Source: Eledone cirrhosa (taxonomy: Eukaryota). From it: DNA of 64,000 bases. The position numbers and the translations under genes were made by a program. Positions 27,851 through 40,430 of the stretch are shown here, one piece after another (position 1 is the stretch's first letter; every line of letters begins with the position of its first letter). Location: contig OZ024740.1 in the NCBI GenBank assembly GCA_964016885.1, forward strand, positions 423,832,001-423,896,000, given 5' to 3'. The notes under the pieces are model-generated. The model ran no database searches. It was not told where the DNA came from and saw only the letters and a list, made by a program, of their open reading frames with translations.

Positions 27851-29098
27851 ATCCCTCATGGCTCACATTACTGACTTTTAAAAGTGTACTGTGACCAAAG
27901 ACAGTACAGGTGAGATTGTCTCTGGTCTTTTTATGATATGAAATAACAGTTTTAGAGCACTATGTTCCACTATTTTATGGGTACTTTGAATTTTCTTAAA
28001 CTGCAGACAGTCCTACCTGGTTTCCACCCCTTATTAACTTCTATTTGGTGCTAGATGTACCCAATTTATAGTTATCTTTTGGGACATCACATAATCTTTT
28101 TCTTTTTTTGAGATTACATCTGGCCCTTTTATGGTATGGAAATTTAATAGGTTGTAGTTTTTCAAGCACAAGGTTATTTTTTGTAGTATCATTTTAATCT
28201 TTATTTGGTTTGTGCTAGGAACATTCACCAAGAACTAATTCACCATAAATTCTTTACTTTGGTTGCCTGAAAACATCAAGAAGAATGAGATGATCAAACC
28301 ATCACAGATGATACTTGATAAAGTGAGCTTCAACACTGATGCAACCCACCCTTTCCAGCATACCCATGTCAGGTGTGAACGATTTCCAACTGATAGATAA
28401 TATACACCATAAACACTTATAATGGAACCTTTTGAGGATTTGAACATTTCATAAATATGGCCACCATGTTTCAGATGAGTATAGCAAGGATGTAATGACA
28501 CAGGCATAATAGCTTGAAGACTTGGAGGATAGTTTTAAATCCCTGGTTGATCAGATACATGTGTGTCCTAGATATGATTAAAGTGTTATCTCAACTCTTA
28601 AGCTGATTTCATAACCCAGGGATCCATCCCTAGATAAAGTACACAAAATAATCCAGTATAACAAGCCTGGGCCTCTGAACAAGTATATACAAGTATATTT
28701 GGTTTCACATACAGATCAACACAGCAAATATAGACACCGCCTTAGTTTTCTTTGTAAGACCAAAAGTAGTAAAGGCACTAGAGAATAAATTCATTATTTT
28801 CTGATTATCTTGTTCCAAGTTAGCCACAAGTTTACAAACATCCAATCCAGAGCCTTCTCACTCCTGTTGGATAAACCCCTCCCCCATTGACCACCACTGC
28901 TTTCTGTTCAGCATATAACAAATCACAAATTAGAGTTATAAAAGTTTCTGATGAAGCTTTGGAGCTGACAGAAAATTCTCCAGGGGCGAGATCCATGGTC
29001 TTTTGAGACTGATGGATGCTGCTTCAATATATATATATACATATTTACATGACTGATTCTTAACCATCTACTATATCAGGGTATGTCATGCATCATCT

Positions 29099-29165
29099 TA
29101 TTTTATCTGACGAGGACGTACTGTTGAACTTAACTCAGTACCTCTGAAATATGTATAATAAAATA
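29099..29165 (+). ncRNA. Type I hammerhead ribozyme motif
   Basis: tattttat CTGACGA gg ac gtactg ... cagtac ctct GAAA tatgta TA ataaaata. Stem I is a perfect 8 bp, stem II is gtactg/cagtac, and stem III is near-palindromic. Confidence 0.75.
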
Positions 29166-29261
29166 TACTTGATCACAAGAATATCTATTTTGTTAATATT
29201 TTGAATTAATATATATTTACATATATATATATATATTCATTTATTGTGGGTCAATAGTGAG

Positions 29262-29312
29262 TCTGGTAACACTGGAGTTTGACCCAAACACTCACAGGAT
29301 CATCAGACAAAA
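29262..29312 (-). ncRNA. Degenerate hammerhead copy (GAAA changed to CAAA)
   Basis: Reverse complement reads ttttgt CTGATGA tcctgtgagtgtttgggt CAAA ctccagtgt TA ccagac. The flank resembles 31702-31730. Confidence 0.5.
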
Positions 29313-29339
29313 CACACACAAACACACATATATATAAAT

Positions 29340-29616
29340 ACATGTGATATACATGGACAATGATCGATGAGTGAAGAAATGCCAGGAAATCCCAGTGGAA
29401 GGAAGCTACAATAGAGGACAACCAAGAAAGACCTGGGCAGAGGTTGTGAGAGCAGACCTCAAATCGCTAAGACTGGCAGAGGAGATGACGAAGGAACATG
29501 AGAAGTGGAGAGATGCTGTGCTGAGAAAGAACCTGTCTAACCCATGCAAACATGGAAAACGGGCGTAAAAATGATGATGAACACACACACACAAATATAT
29601 ATATATACATATAAAC

Positions 29617-29647
<31 letters not shown>

Positions 29648-31130
29648 CACACATATATTTACACATACATACATATATATATATACTTTCCAGTTTCTTT
29701 GTAAACCCATTGGTTTGATTAGATACATAAAGAAACTGGGTGTATATGTGTGGCCTGTGAGAGCAGTACAAGCCATGTATAGAAGTGATGTGAGCAACAT
29801 GAAAGTAGGTAATAAGTTTAGTGAGAAATTCAATAGTCATCAGTGCCTGTTTATTATAACCCTCCAGGCCATAACAGAGGAGTTTATAATGGATCATTCA
29901 TGGGAATGTCTGTATGATGACAAACTGGTCCTTAACCTTTGACATGCTGTCGGTGACATATTGCAGCAATAGAGTGATCTCCCCTTAATAATGCAGTGTC
30001 AAGGTTAATGTTGAATCTGAGGAAGTGCTAGAGAAGAACGTCATATTGTGGAAACAGAACTTGGAATCTAAATGGTCAGAGAAAACTTAGCAAAGACCAA
30101 AATGTTAGTAGGTAGGAAAGAAGACAGGTCTCTGGTCCCACCAGAGAAGTGGTTGTGTTCAATATATATAGAAATAAAGTAGGTAGGAACTTTATACAAT
30201 GCACACAATGTAAAACATGGGTACACAAGATGTTTAGTGGGATAGCAAGTGGACTAACTGAAAAAGTAAACTTTATATGTAGGAGATGCACAGGGGTTGT
30301 TATTAGTAAGTAAACTTTTTTCAAACCAAGGAAGGTTCCATAGAAGTAGTTAATAAGTTCTGTTACCTAGGTGGCCTAATTAGCAGTGGGGAAAGTTGCA
30401 CTGAAAGCGTAATAACAAGAATGAATTTTGAAATGATCATATAAAACTGAATTAATAAATACATTTGATATCTATATTCTGCTGGTGGAGATGTGATTCT
30501 GCCTGAATACATATCACACTCAGTTCTGTTGACCTTTTGAATCAAGATTAGTAAAATTTCATTTATATATATATATATACGGTGGCCAATCTGGGCAGAC
30601 TTGTCTCATGATGTGGACGACCTGTCTGACCCATGCAACCATGCGAAATGGACATTAAACGATGATGATGATGATGATGATGATGATATATATACAAGTT
30701 AAGGGTAGATTGTATGGTGTCCATGTGAGCAATGTTACATGGCAGTGAGATATGTGGAGGGGAGTAAATATAAAGAATTTATGGAGGCTGGAAAGAAATG
30801 GACTATGCTCTGTTGGATGTAGAATATTAGTGTACAGGAACAATGGTGCATGGATGAACTGAAAGAAAAGCTGGGGATATGAAGAAACAGATGTACTTTG
30901 GAAGAGTAAAGACTGCACTGGTTTGGACATGTGATGTAAATGGATGAGGAATGTTAGATGAAGTTGTGCAGTGATGCCAGTGGAAGGATAACCGAGAAAG
31001 ACCTGGGCATAAGTGGTTAGAGCTGATCTTAAAGAGGAGATGACAAAAGAATACTGTAAGTGGAAGAAGGTCATGCTGAAGAGGACCTGTCCAAACCATA
31101 AAAGCATAGAAAAACAAGTATAAAATGGTG
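29340..31130 (+). mobile_element. Cluster of old RTE LINE fragments
   Basis: Remnants GQPRKTWAEVV, QAITEEF..WECLYDDKLVL and CKTWVHK, with several 3' termini carrying (gat)n tails. Confidence 0.75.
29932..30008. mobile_element. Tiny TTAA-flanked MITE inside an RTE relic
   Basis: TTAA-cctttgaca ... tgtcaagg-TTAA. Removing it restores the RT reading LYDDKLVL-NVESEE. Confidence 0.7.
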
Positions 31131-31537
31131 ACATATATATGTCTATTTGGTGTGAAACAACAGTAACAGGTGGCGCGGCATTCGAAGTACTCAATGCTGT
31201 TACAAGGTCCATTTCATTTGGGTTGTATTCCAGAGTTACGGCTGTAGTGTGCAGAGAGTAAAAAGATTTAAAGAGTAGAAGTCAGTCTTGCAGCATATGT
31301 AGAGAATTTATTTGCATCTAAACTGTTTAGATTTGTATAATAATAATAATAATAATAATGAAATATTGTGTACAGTGCTCAGGTGCACTACAACTCATCA
31401 AAAAGTGTATGTATAGTACATAGGGTAATGCACAAATGTCAGGAAAATGAACAGTGCATGAGTCATGATATACATATGTGTGGAAGGGGTACATCAGGTG
31501 TAGTTTTGGCGAATTTTGTCTTTGCACATATAAGCTC

Positions 31538-31626
31538 ACATATCTGATGAGATGTTAAAAAAGAGTCGGGCCACATCACCTTGATTGTACTCTGAGCTGA
31601 TTGATATTGAAACAATTGTAATATGT
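31538..31626 (+). ncRNA. Type I hammerhead ribozyme motif with long stem II loop
   Basis: acatat CTGATGA gatgttaa ... ttgatatt GAAA caattg TA atatgt. Stem I is a perfect 6 bp, stem II has 8 bp with GU pairs, and stem III is the palindrome ACAATTGT. Confidence 0.78.
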
Positions 31627-31723
31627 AAATAAAGTTTGTACATATGCTGCAAGACTGACTTCGACCCTTTAAAGCTATCTCTCTCTTTCTATATATATAT
31701 ACATTTTATTAAGGTTCAATAGT

Positions 31724-31772
31724 GTCTTATTACTCTGGAGTTTTCCCTGTTTATCACAGGGTCATCACACAA
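31724..31772 (-). ncRNA. Degenerate hammerhead copy (inverted arm; core mutated to GTGATGA and GGAAAA)
   Basis: Reverse complement reads ttgt GTGATGA ccctgtgataaacaggg AAAA ctccagag TA ataa. Confidence 0.55.
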
Positions 31773-31775
31773 ACA

Positions 31776-31823
31776 CTTGTCTGATGACCCTGTGATAAAC
31801 AGGTGAAACTCCAGAGTAACACT
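31776..31823 (+). ncRNA. Type I hammerhead ribozyme motif (same subfamily as 16070)
   Basis: ttgt CTGATGA c cctgt gataa acagg t GAAA ctccagag TA acac. Stem III is ACTC/GAGT; stem I is short. Confidence 0.7.
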
Positions 31824-31937
31824 ATTTAGCCTTAATAAAATGAATATTTAAAACTCTTCTTTGGTACTGAGTATATATGTATAGCAATTGCATCTTGTAT
31901 AGAAATATATGTTCAGTGAACTGTATTATCAGACAAA

Positions 31938-32176
31938 TGGTGAAGCTTAATGATGAAATCATTACAGTCCAGCAGAGGACACATGGTAAAGCTTAATGAT
32001 GAAATCATTACAGTCCAGCAGAGGACACATGGTGAAGCTTAATGATGAAATCATTACAGTCCAGCAGAGGACACATGGTGAAGCTTAATGATGAAATCAT
32101 TACAGTCCAGCAGAGGACACATGGTGAAGCTTAATGGTGAAATCATTACAGTCCAGTAGAGGACACATGGTGAAGC
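31938..32176. repeat. 46-bp tandem repeat, about 5 copies
   Basis: Unit tggtgaagcttaatgatgaaatcattacagtccagcagaggacaca. Confidence 0.95.
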
Positions 32177-33317
32177 AGGTGTGATGGCCCTCAGCATCGT
32201 TGGGCACATAGTAAAGCTAAAGCTATCAGTATTATTAAAGCTGATACATATTGTAGAACAACAACATATATTTGGACATATTGTTAAAAGATGTGGTGTG
32301 GTTGGAGACATCATCTTGAGTTTAGAAAAAGGAACACAACAACAACAATAATATAAAGCAGCAGTATCGTTTCGCAACAGTACACGGTACTTCAACTAGT
32401 GCCATTAGTTACAAGGCAAAGCAACCATGTTGGTTTGACATATATAGCAAAGCTAACTATTGCTGTTAGACACAATGTAAATACACTAACAAAATGACAA
32501 ACACACAATATGGAAACAAAAAAAATTGATAAAAAAAAAATAAATTGAAAAAACAAACAAACAAACAAAAAAAACTATCACTCCCCCCTTCTTGCTTCCA
32601 CCCCCATCCACCTTTATTTTTTTAAATATTTTTTTACATCTAAATTGAAATAAGTGAAAGATTAGATTTTTGCATGAGAGATGGTACATATACCAAAGCC
32701 ATTTGATATCAAAAAGTAATATATATATATATATTATTATAAATATATATATACACACATATATATATATATATGTATATATAGAAAGACAGAAAAAAAG
32801 CTTATTTTGCTTTTGCATGCATTGAAAACTGTATGAGATAAAAAAAAAAGCTAATAACACATGTTAGCTATTATAAGCTTGAGGTGAGAAAATGTAAGGC
32901 AAACTATTAAATCTAGTGGTATGGATACACAGACTCAGGTTATTAATGAGAGATAAAATAACAAAAAAAAAAACCCCAAAAAAACCGCAAGAATGTTTCA
33001 CTATAGGGAGGGGAAAAAACTAAAAGAAAAACAACAAAAAACAATTTAAAAGATGGGTTGAGAAAAGTTCATGGACTGAACAACACTTCAAACAGTTCAA
33101 ACTGAAATGATAAAACTTTAAAATCCAGACATAAAAGAAATAACTTTGAAATACTGAATTATGTATTTTTTTGCCAGTAAGATCTTCCACAATTCTGTGT
33201 CTAATTTAGAAAGATTTTCAAATAATTGATCTTCCACATGTGAGAAAAACATTTTAAAGATACAATAATAAAAGAGAGTGAATAATGTGTTAAAGAAATA
33301 ATAATAATAATAATAAT

Positions 33318-33536
33318 GATTTCTGATATAGGCACAAGGCCAGCAATAATAATTGTTTCTGGTTTGGGCACAAGGCCAGCAATTACCCAGTGCATTACTG
33401 GTACTTATTTTATCAACTCCGTAAGGATGAAAGGCAAAGCTAACCTTGGCAGGATTTGAATTCAGAACGTAAAGGGCCGTAACTCTATACTGCAAAGCAT
33501 GTTGTCCGACGCTCTACCGATTCTGTCAATCCACCG
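33318..33536 (-). mobile_element. SINE family A
   Basis: Same family, with a duplicated ggcacaaggccagcaat tail segment. Confidence 0.8.
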
Positions 33537-35195
33537 AATAATAATAATAGAGACAAAGAAAAGATCGCATTATGATTTCACCAATAATAAATTAATCGAT
33601 GTTAATAAGAAAATGGAAACAAAAAAAAAAAAGACAAAAAATTACAGGAAAGAAACACAAAAGGGTGGGGGTGGGGATGGAAATAAAGACACTGCCAGTT
33701 CTTAAATAGAATTCTTTTTCATTGGTGTGGAGTGACTGAGTAGGAATAGCTAATGTAGCCATATTTAAGTCCTATAAAATAACAACACGATCAGAACACA
33801 ACAGCTTACCAGAAAATAATCTCTCAATTCAGAACATGTACATTACAATAAACAAATAAAAAATTGACTTGAGTTTCTAAACGATATATACTCTTGGTCC
33901 CAATAATAGGGGTGGGTTGGAATAAGCAGGGTGTGTGGAAAATCTGTAATTTTTCTAGGTTGTCTCCCTTGATTTTTTTTTTTTTTTTAAGAAACCAAAA
34001 TTAGTAATTTAGTTTACATATTGAGACCCCCAACCCATCCTATTTATTTTATAATGTATAGGATTTCTAGTAATGTACTTTTTGTCATGTGTTATGTGTT
34101 TTAATGTCTAAAGAAAATTAATTATTGCAGGAATGCTACCACTTACATGCTACCACTTACAATAAAATTCCGATGGAGATAGATTAGCCAATTTTATTAG
34201 CAGGGGGTGGATAAGAGTTGGTATGGAGGTGGGGGAAATATCAAAAATTAATAAGTGGGGACGGGTGACGATTATTCAGAGAATATTAAGTACTGAAAGA
34301 ATATAACCAGAAACATAGGTGAAAAGACCAAATATTGCTCTAGCTAAAGGTGTTGTGTATGTACCTCTAAAGAAGGCAACTAAGTTTTGCCTGATTTTAA
34401 GCTGTATAGAAGTGCTGTTTTAATACACACTGTATAGATATGAAAGATTAGTAGTATGGAAGGTATGCACCTGTAAAAAACACATAACAAAAATATCCAA
34501 GCTTGAAAATAAAAATCCTTACATTTTTGAAAAGAAATAAAAATTCACCCATATTAGCAAGAAAAATTGAATTAAAGGAAAAAAAACAAAAAAACTATCA
34601 AAAATTAAAACACACACAAATAAAGAGTGATAGAAATAAAGGTCTCATTGATCATGGAATGAAAACTAAAATGACTGGAATAATTATTTCAAAGTGCAAA
34701 AACAAAATGTGACAAATAAATACTTTTAAAACACCATTAGCTTCAAATAATGAGTATGTCATATTCTAGACTAGCTAACAATATACTTCCTTGCATGACA
34801 CCTTTTTGAATTCCATGGACATGCTTACAAAATCAGAAAACAGTACAGCTCCCATGACTTTTGGAAACATTTTTTCATGCTGTGGGGACACTGTATCCGT
34901 CAAAACCTCAAAGCTTCCCAAAATTTACCACCACTACACCTGATATTTCCCCTCCACACACGTGTGTGTGTGTGTCACGACTCATATACTGTTCACTTTT
35001 CTGACATTTGTACATTATTCTATGTACAATAGATGCAGTTTTCATTATTTTAAGTGACTAAAAGGGGTGACATCAGGAAGGGTTTCCAGTCAGAAAATAC
35101 TGCCTCTAATTCCAATATGGAAAAGTTGCCATAAAATTAGTGATGTGATAGTAATGGACATTGATCTATGGTCTATATTACTACATATTACTACA

Positions 35196-36010
35196 TGAAA
35201 GGCAGGCTGTATGATGCCTGCATACGAGCAGCAATTTAACATGGCAGTGAGATTTGGGCATTGTGTGCAGAGGATATACGCAGACTGGAGAGGAACGAAG
35301 CTTGCATGCTCCGTTGGATGTGTAATAGTAACATACGTGAACGGCAAAGCATAAATGAACTAAGTGAGAAATTAGGAATAAGAGGGATCAGATGCTGTTT
35401 ACTCGAGAGAAGACTACGTTGGTATGCTCACGTGATGCGCATGAAAGAAGACAGCTGTATAAAAAAAGTACAGAGCGATCAAAATAGACGGTAGCCACGG
35501 AGTAGGCAGACCCAGAAAACCCTGGGACGACTTGATAAATTCCGACCTCACACACTTACACCTCTCCAAGACAATGTCAGTGGACCGAGATCTTTGGCGG
35601 TACGCAGTAATACAGAAGACCCGCCTTGCCTAAGTGCAAAGCGAAACCTAGTCAGTAGGCACCTCTTACCAAAATACACCCCCGTCCCACTACGCCCAAC
35701 CCATCCACATCACCCCTTTCGATGTAAAGTTATGTTGGTACCACAACATCCAGTCCTAAATAAATGAGGTCGTGTAGGTGTCACGACAAAAAAAACACAG
35801 TCCACGCTGTAATGTGGCCGTGTAGGTAACACGGTAAAAACCTCCCAGTCCACACTGTAAACGTGGTTGGTGTTAGGAAGGGCATCCAGCCGTAGAAAAC
35901 CCGCCAGACAGTCCTATACGAGCAAGACAACCAAACTTGCCTCAAGTGGGAAAATTCCCGTCCAAACCCATGCAAGCGTGGAAGATGGACGTTAAACGAT
36001 GATGATGATG
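35196..36010 (+). mobile_element. 5'-truncated RTE LINE with 28-bp target site duplication
   Basis: RRLERNEACMLRWMCN...RRLRWYAHVMR and a (gat)n tail. The duplication is 35168-35195 versus 36008-36035, with one mismatch. Confidence 0.9.
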
Positions 36011-39000
36011 GTCTATATTATTACATATTACTACAGGTCTATATTATTACATTGGTCTATATTACTACACTAGTCTATATTACTACTGGTCTATATTACT
36101 AAACTGATCTATATTACTACTGGTCTATATTACTACATTGGTCTATATTACTACTGGTCTATATTACTACACTAGTCTATATTACTACATTGGTCTATAT
36201 TACTACACTAGTCTATATTACTACACTAGTCTATATTACTACATTGGTCTATCTTACTACACTGGTCTATAGTAATACACTAGTCAATATTACTACACTA
36301 GTCAATATTACTACACTAGTCAATATTACTACACTAGTCTATATTACTACACTGGTCTATATTACTACAGTGGTCTATATTACTACACTGGTCTATATTA
36401 CTACACTAGTCTATATTACTGTATTGATCTATATTACTACACTGGTCTATATTACTACACTAGTCTATATTACTACACTGGTCTATATTACTACACTGAT
36501 CTATATTACTACTGGTCTATATTACTACATTGGTCTATATTACTACACTGGTCTATATTACTACTGGTCTATATTACTACATTGGTCTATATTACTACAC
36601 TGGTCTATATTACTACTGGTCTATATTACTACATTGGTCTATATTACTACACTTGTCTATATTACTACACTGGTCTATATTACTACTGGTCTATATTACT
36701 ACTGGTCTATATTACTACACTGGTCTATATTACTACACTGGTCTATATTACTGTATTGGTCTATATTACTACACTGGTCTATATTACTACACTTGTCTAT
36801 ATTACTACACTAGTCTATATTACTGTATTGGTCTATATTACTACACTGGTCTATATTACTACACTGGTCTATATTACTACATTGGTCTATATTACTACAC
36901 TGGTCTATATTACTGTATTGGTCTATATTACTACACTGGTCTATATTACTACACTGGTCTATATTACTACATTGGTCTATATTACTACACTTGTCTATAT
37001 TACTACACTAGTCTATATTACTGTATTGGTCTATATTACTACACTGGTCTATATTACTACACTGGTCTATATTACTACACTGGTCTATATTACTACATTG
37101 GTCTATATTACTACACTGGTCTATATTACTACACTGGTCTATATTACTACACTAGTCTATATTACTAAACTGGTCTATATTACTGTATTGGTCTATATTA
37201 CTGCATTGGTCTATATTACTACACTGGTCTATATTACTACACTAGTCTATATTACTGTATTGGTCTATATTACTACACTGGTCTATATTACTACATTGGT
37301 CTATATTACTGTATTGGTCTATATTACTGTATTGGTCTATATTACTACACTGGTCTATATTACTACACTAGTCTATATTACTGTATTGGTCTATATTACT
37401 ACACTAGTCTATATTACTACACTGGTCTATATTACTACACTAGTCTATATTACTACACTGGTCTATATTACTACACTGGTCTATATTACTACACTAGTCT
37501 ATATTACTGTATTGGTCTATATTACTACACTAGTCTATATTACTACATTGGTCTATATTACTACACTGGTCTATATTAGTGTATTGGTCTATATTACTAC
37601 ACTGGTCTATATTACTACACTAGTCTATATTAGTGTATTGGTCTATATTACTACACTGGTCTATATTACTACACTAGTCTATATTACTACACTGGTCTAT
37701 ATTACTGTATTGGTCTATATTACTACACTGGTCTATATTACTACACTAGTCTATATTACTACACTGGTCTATATTACTGTATTGGTCTATATTACTACAC
37801 TGGTCTATATTACTACACTGGTCTATATTACTACATTGGTCTATATTACTACACTAGTCTATATTACTACACTGGTCTATATTACTACACTGGTCTATAT
37901 TACTACACTAGTCAATATTACTACATTGGTCTATATTACTACACTGGTCTATAATACTACATTGGTCTATATTACTACACTGGTCTATATTACTACACTA
38001 GTCAATATTACTACACTAGTCTATATTACTACACTGGTCTATATTACTACACTGGTCTATATTACTACACTGGTCTATATTACTACATTGGTCTATATTA
38101 CTACACTGGTCTATATTACTACACTGGTCTATATTACTACATTGGTCTATATTACTACACTAGTCTATATTACTACACTAGTCTATATTACTACACTTTT
38201 CTATATTACTACACTAGTCTATATTACTACACTGGTCTCTATTACTACATTGATCTATATTACTACTGGTCTATATTACTACATTGGTCTATATTACTAC
38301 ACTAGTCTATATTACTACACTAGTCTATATTACTACACTGGTCTATATTACTACATTGGTGTATATTACTACACTGGTCTATATTACTACACTAGTCTAT
38401 ATTACTACACTTTTCTATATTACTACACTAGTCTATATTACTACACTGGTCTATATTACTACATTGATCTGTATTACTACTGGTCTATATTACTACATTG
38501 GTCTATATTACTACACTGGTCTATATTACTACACTGGTCTATATTACTACATTGGTCTATATTACTACACTGGTCTATATTAGTGTATTGGTCTATATTA
38601 CTACATTGGTCTATATTACTACATTGGTCTATATTACTACATTGGTCTATATTACTACACTAGTCTATATTACTACACTGGTCTATATTACTACACTGGT
38701 CTATATTACTACACTGGTCTATATTACTACACTGGTCTATATTACTACACTAGTCTATATTACTACACTGGTCTATAATACTGTATTGGTCTATATTACT
38801 ACACTGGTCTATATTACTACATTGATCTATATTAATACACTGGTCTATATTACTACACTAGTCTATATTACTACACTAGTCTATATTACTGTATTGGTCT
38901 ATATTACTACACTGGTCTATATTACTACATTGGTCTATATTACTGTATTGGTCTATATTACTACACTGGTCTATATTACTACACTGGTCTATATTACTAC

Positions 39001-40430
39001 ACTAGTCAATATTACTACACTGGTCTATATTACTACACTAGTCTATATTACTACATTGGTCTATATTACTACACTAGTCTATATTACTACACTGGTCTAT
39101 ATTACTACACTAGTCTATATTACTGTATTGGTCTATATTACTACACTAGTCTATATTACTACATTGGTCTATATTACTACACTGGTCTATATTACTACAC
39201 TGGTCTATATTACTACACTGGTCTATATTACTACACTGGTCTATATTAGTGTATTGGTCTATATTACTACACTGGTCTATATTACTGTATTGGTCTATAT
39301 TACTACACTGGTCTATATTACTACATTGGTCTATATTACTACATTGGTCTATATTACTACACTAGTCTATATTACTACACTGGTCTATATTACTACACTG
39401 GTCTATATTACTACACTAGTCAATATTACTACACTAGTCTATATTACTACACTGGTCTATATTACTACACTGGTCTATAATACTACATTGGTCTATATTA
39501 CTACACTGGTCTATATTACTACACTAGTCAATATTACTACACTAGTCTATATTACTACACTGGTCTATATTACTACACTGGTCTATATTACTACACTGGT
39601 CTATATTACTACACTGGTCTATATTACTACATTGGTCTATATTACTACACTGGTCTATATTACTACACTGGTCTATATTACTACATTGGTCTATATTACT
39701 ACACTGGTCTATATTACTACACTAGTCTATATTACTACACTTTTCTATATTACTACACTAGTCTATATTACTACACTGGTCTATATTACTACATTGATCT
39801 ATATTACTACTGGTCTATATTACTACATTGGTCTATATTACTACACTGGTCTATATTACTACACTGGTCTATATTACTACATTGGTCTATATTACTACAC
39901 TGGTCTATATTACTACACTGGTCTATATTAGTGTATTGGTCTATATTACTACATTGGTCTATATTACTACACTGGTCTATATTACTACACTGGTCTATAT
40001 TACTACACTGGTCTATATTACTGTATTGGTCTATATTACTGTATTGGTCTATATTACCACTGGTCTATATTACTACATTGGTCTATATTACTACACTGGT
40101 CTATATTACTACACTGGTCTATATTACTACATTGGTCTATATTACTACACTGGTCTATATTAGTGTATTGGTCTATATTACTACATTGGTCTATATTACT
40201 ACATTGGTCTATATTACTACACTGGTCTATATTACTACACTGGTCTATATTACTACACTGGTCTATATTACTACACTGGTCTATATTACTACACTGGTCT
40301 ATATTACTGTATTGGTCTATATTACTGTATTGGTCTATATTACCACTGGTCTATATTACTACATTGGTCTATATTACTACACTGGTCTATATTACTGTAT
40401 TGGTCTACATTGGTCTATGTTACTACATTT
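36010..40430. repeat. 18-bp minisatellite (ggtctatattactacact)n, about 4.4 kb, with 15-bp variants
   Basis: Directly visible. It produces the spurious LVYITT, GLYYYT and WSILLH ORFs. Confidence 0.98.

Noticed and set aside
27900-28900. Non-repetitive stretch upstream of the 29099 hammerhead, considered as a Penelope RT or GIY-YIG remnant
   Set aside because: No recognisable motif in the provided ORFs; tBLASTn or an HMM search would be needed to support it.
28940-28995. CTGATGA...GAAA near 28948 (similar cases at about 8427, 8698 and 18222)
   Set aside because: No convincing stem I or stem III pairing, so these were not counted as hammerheads.
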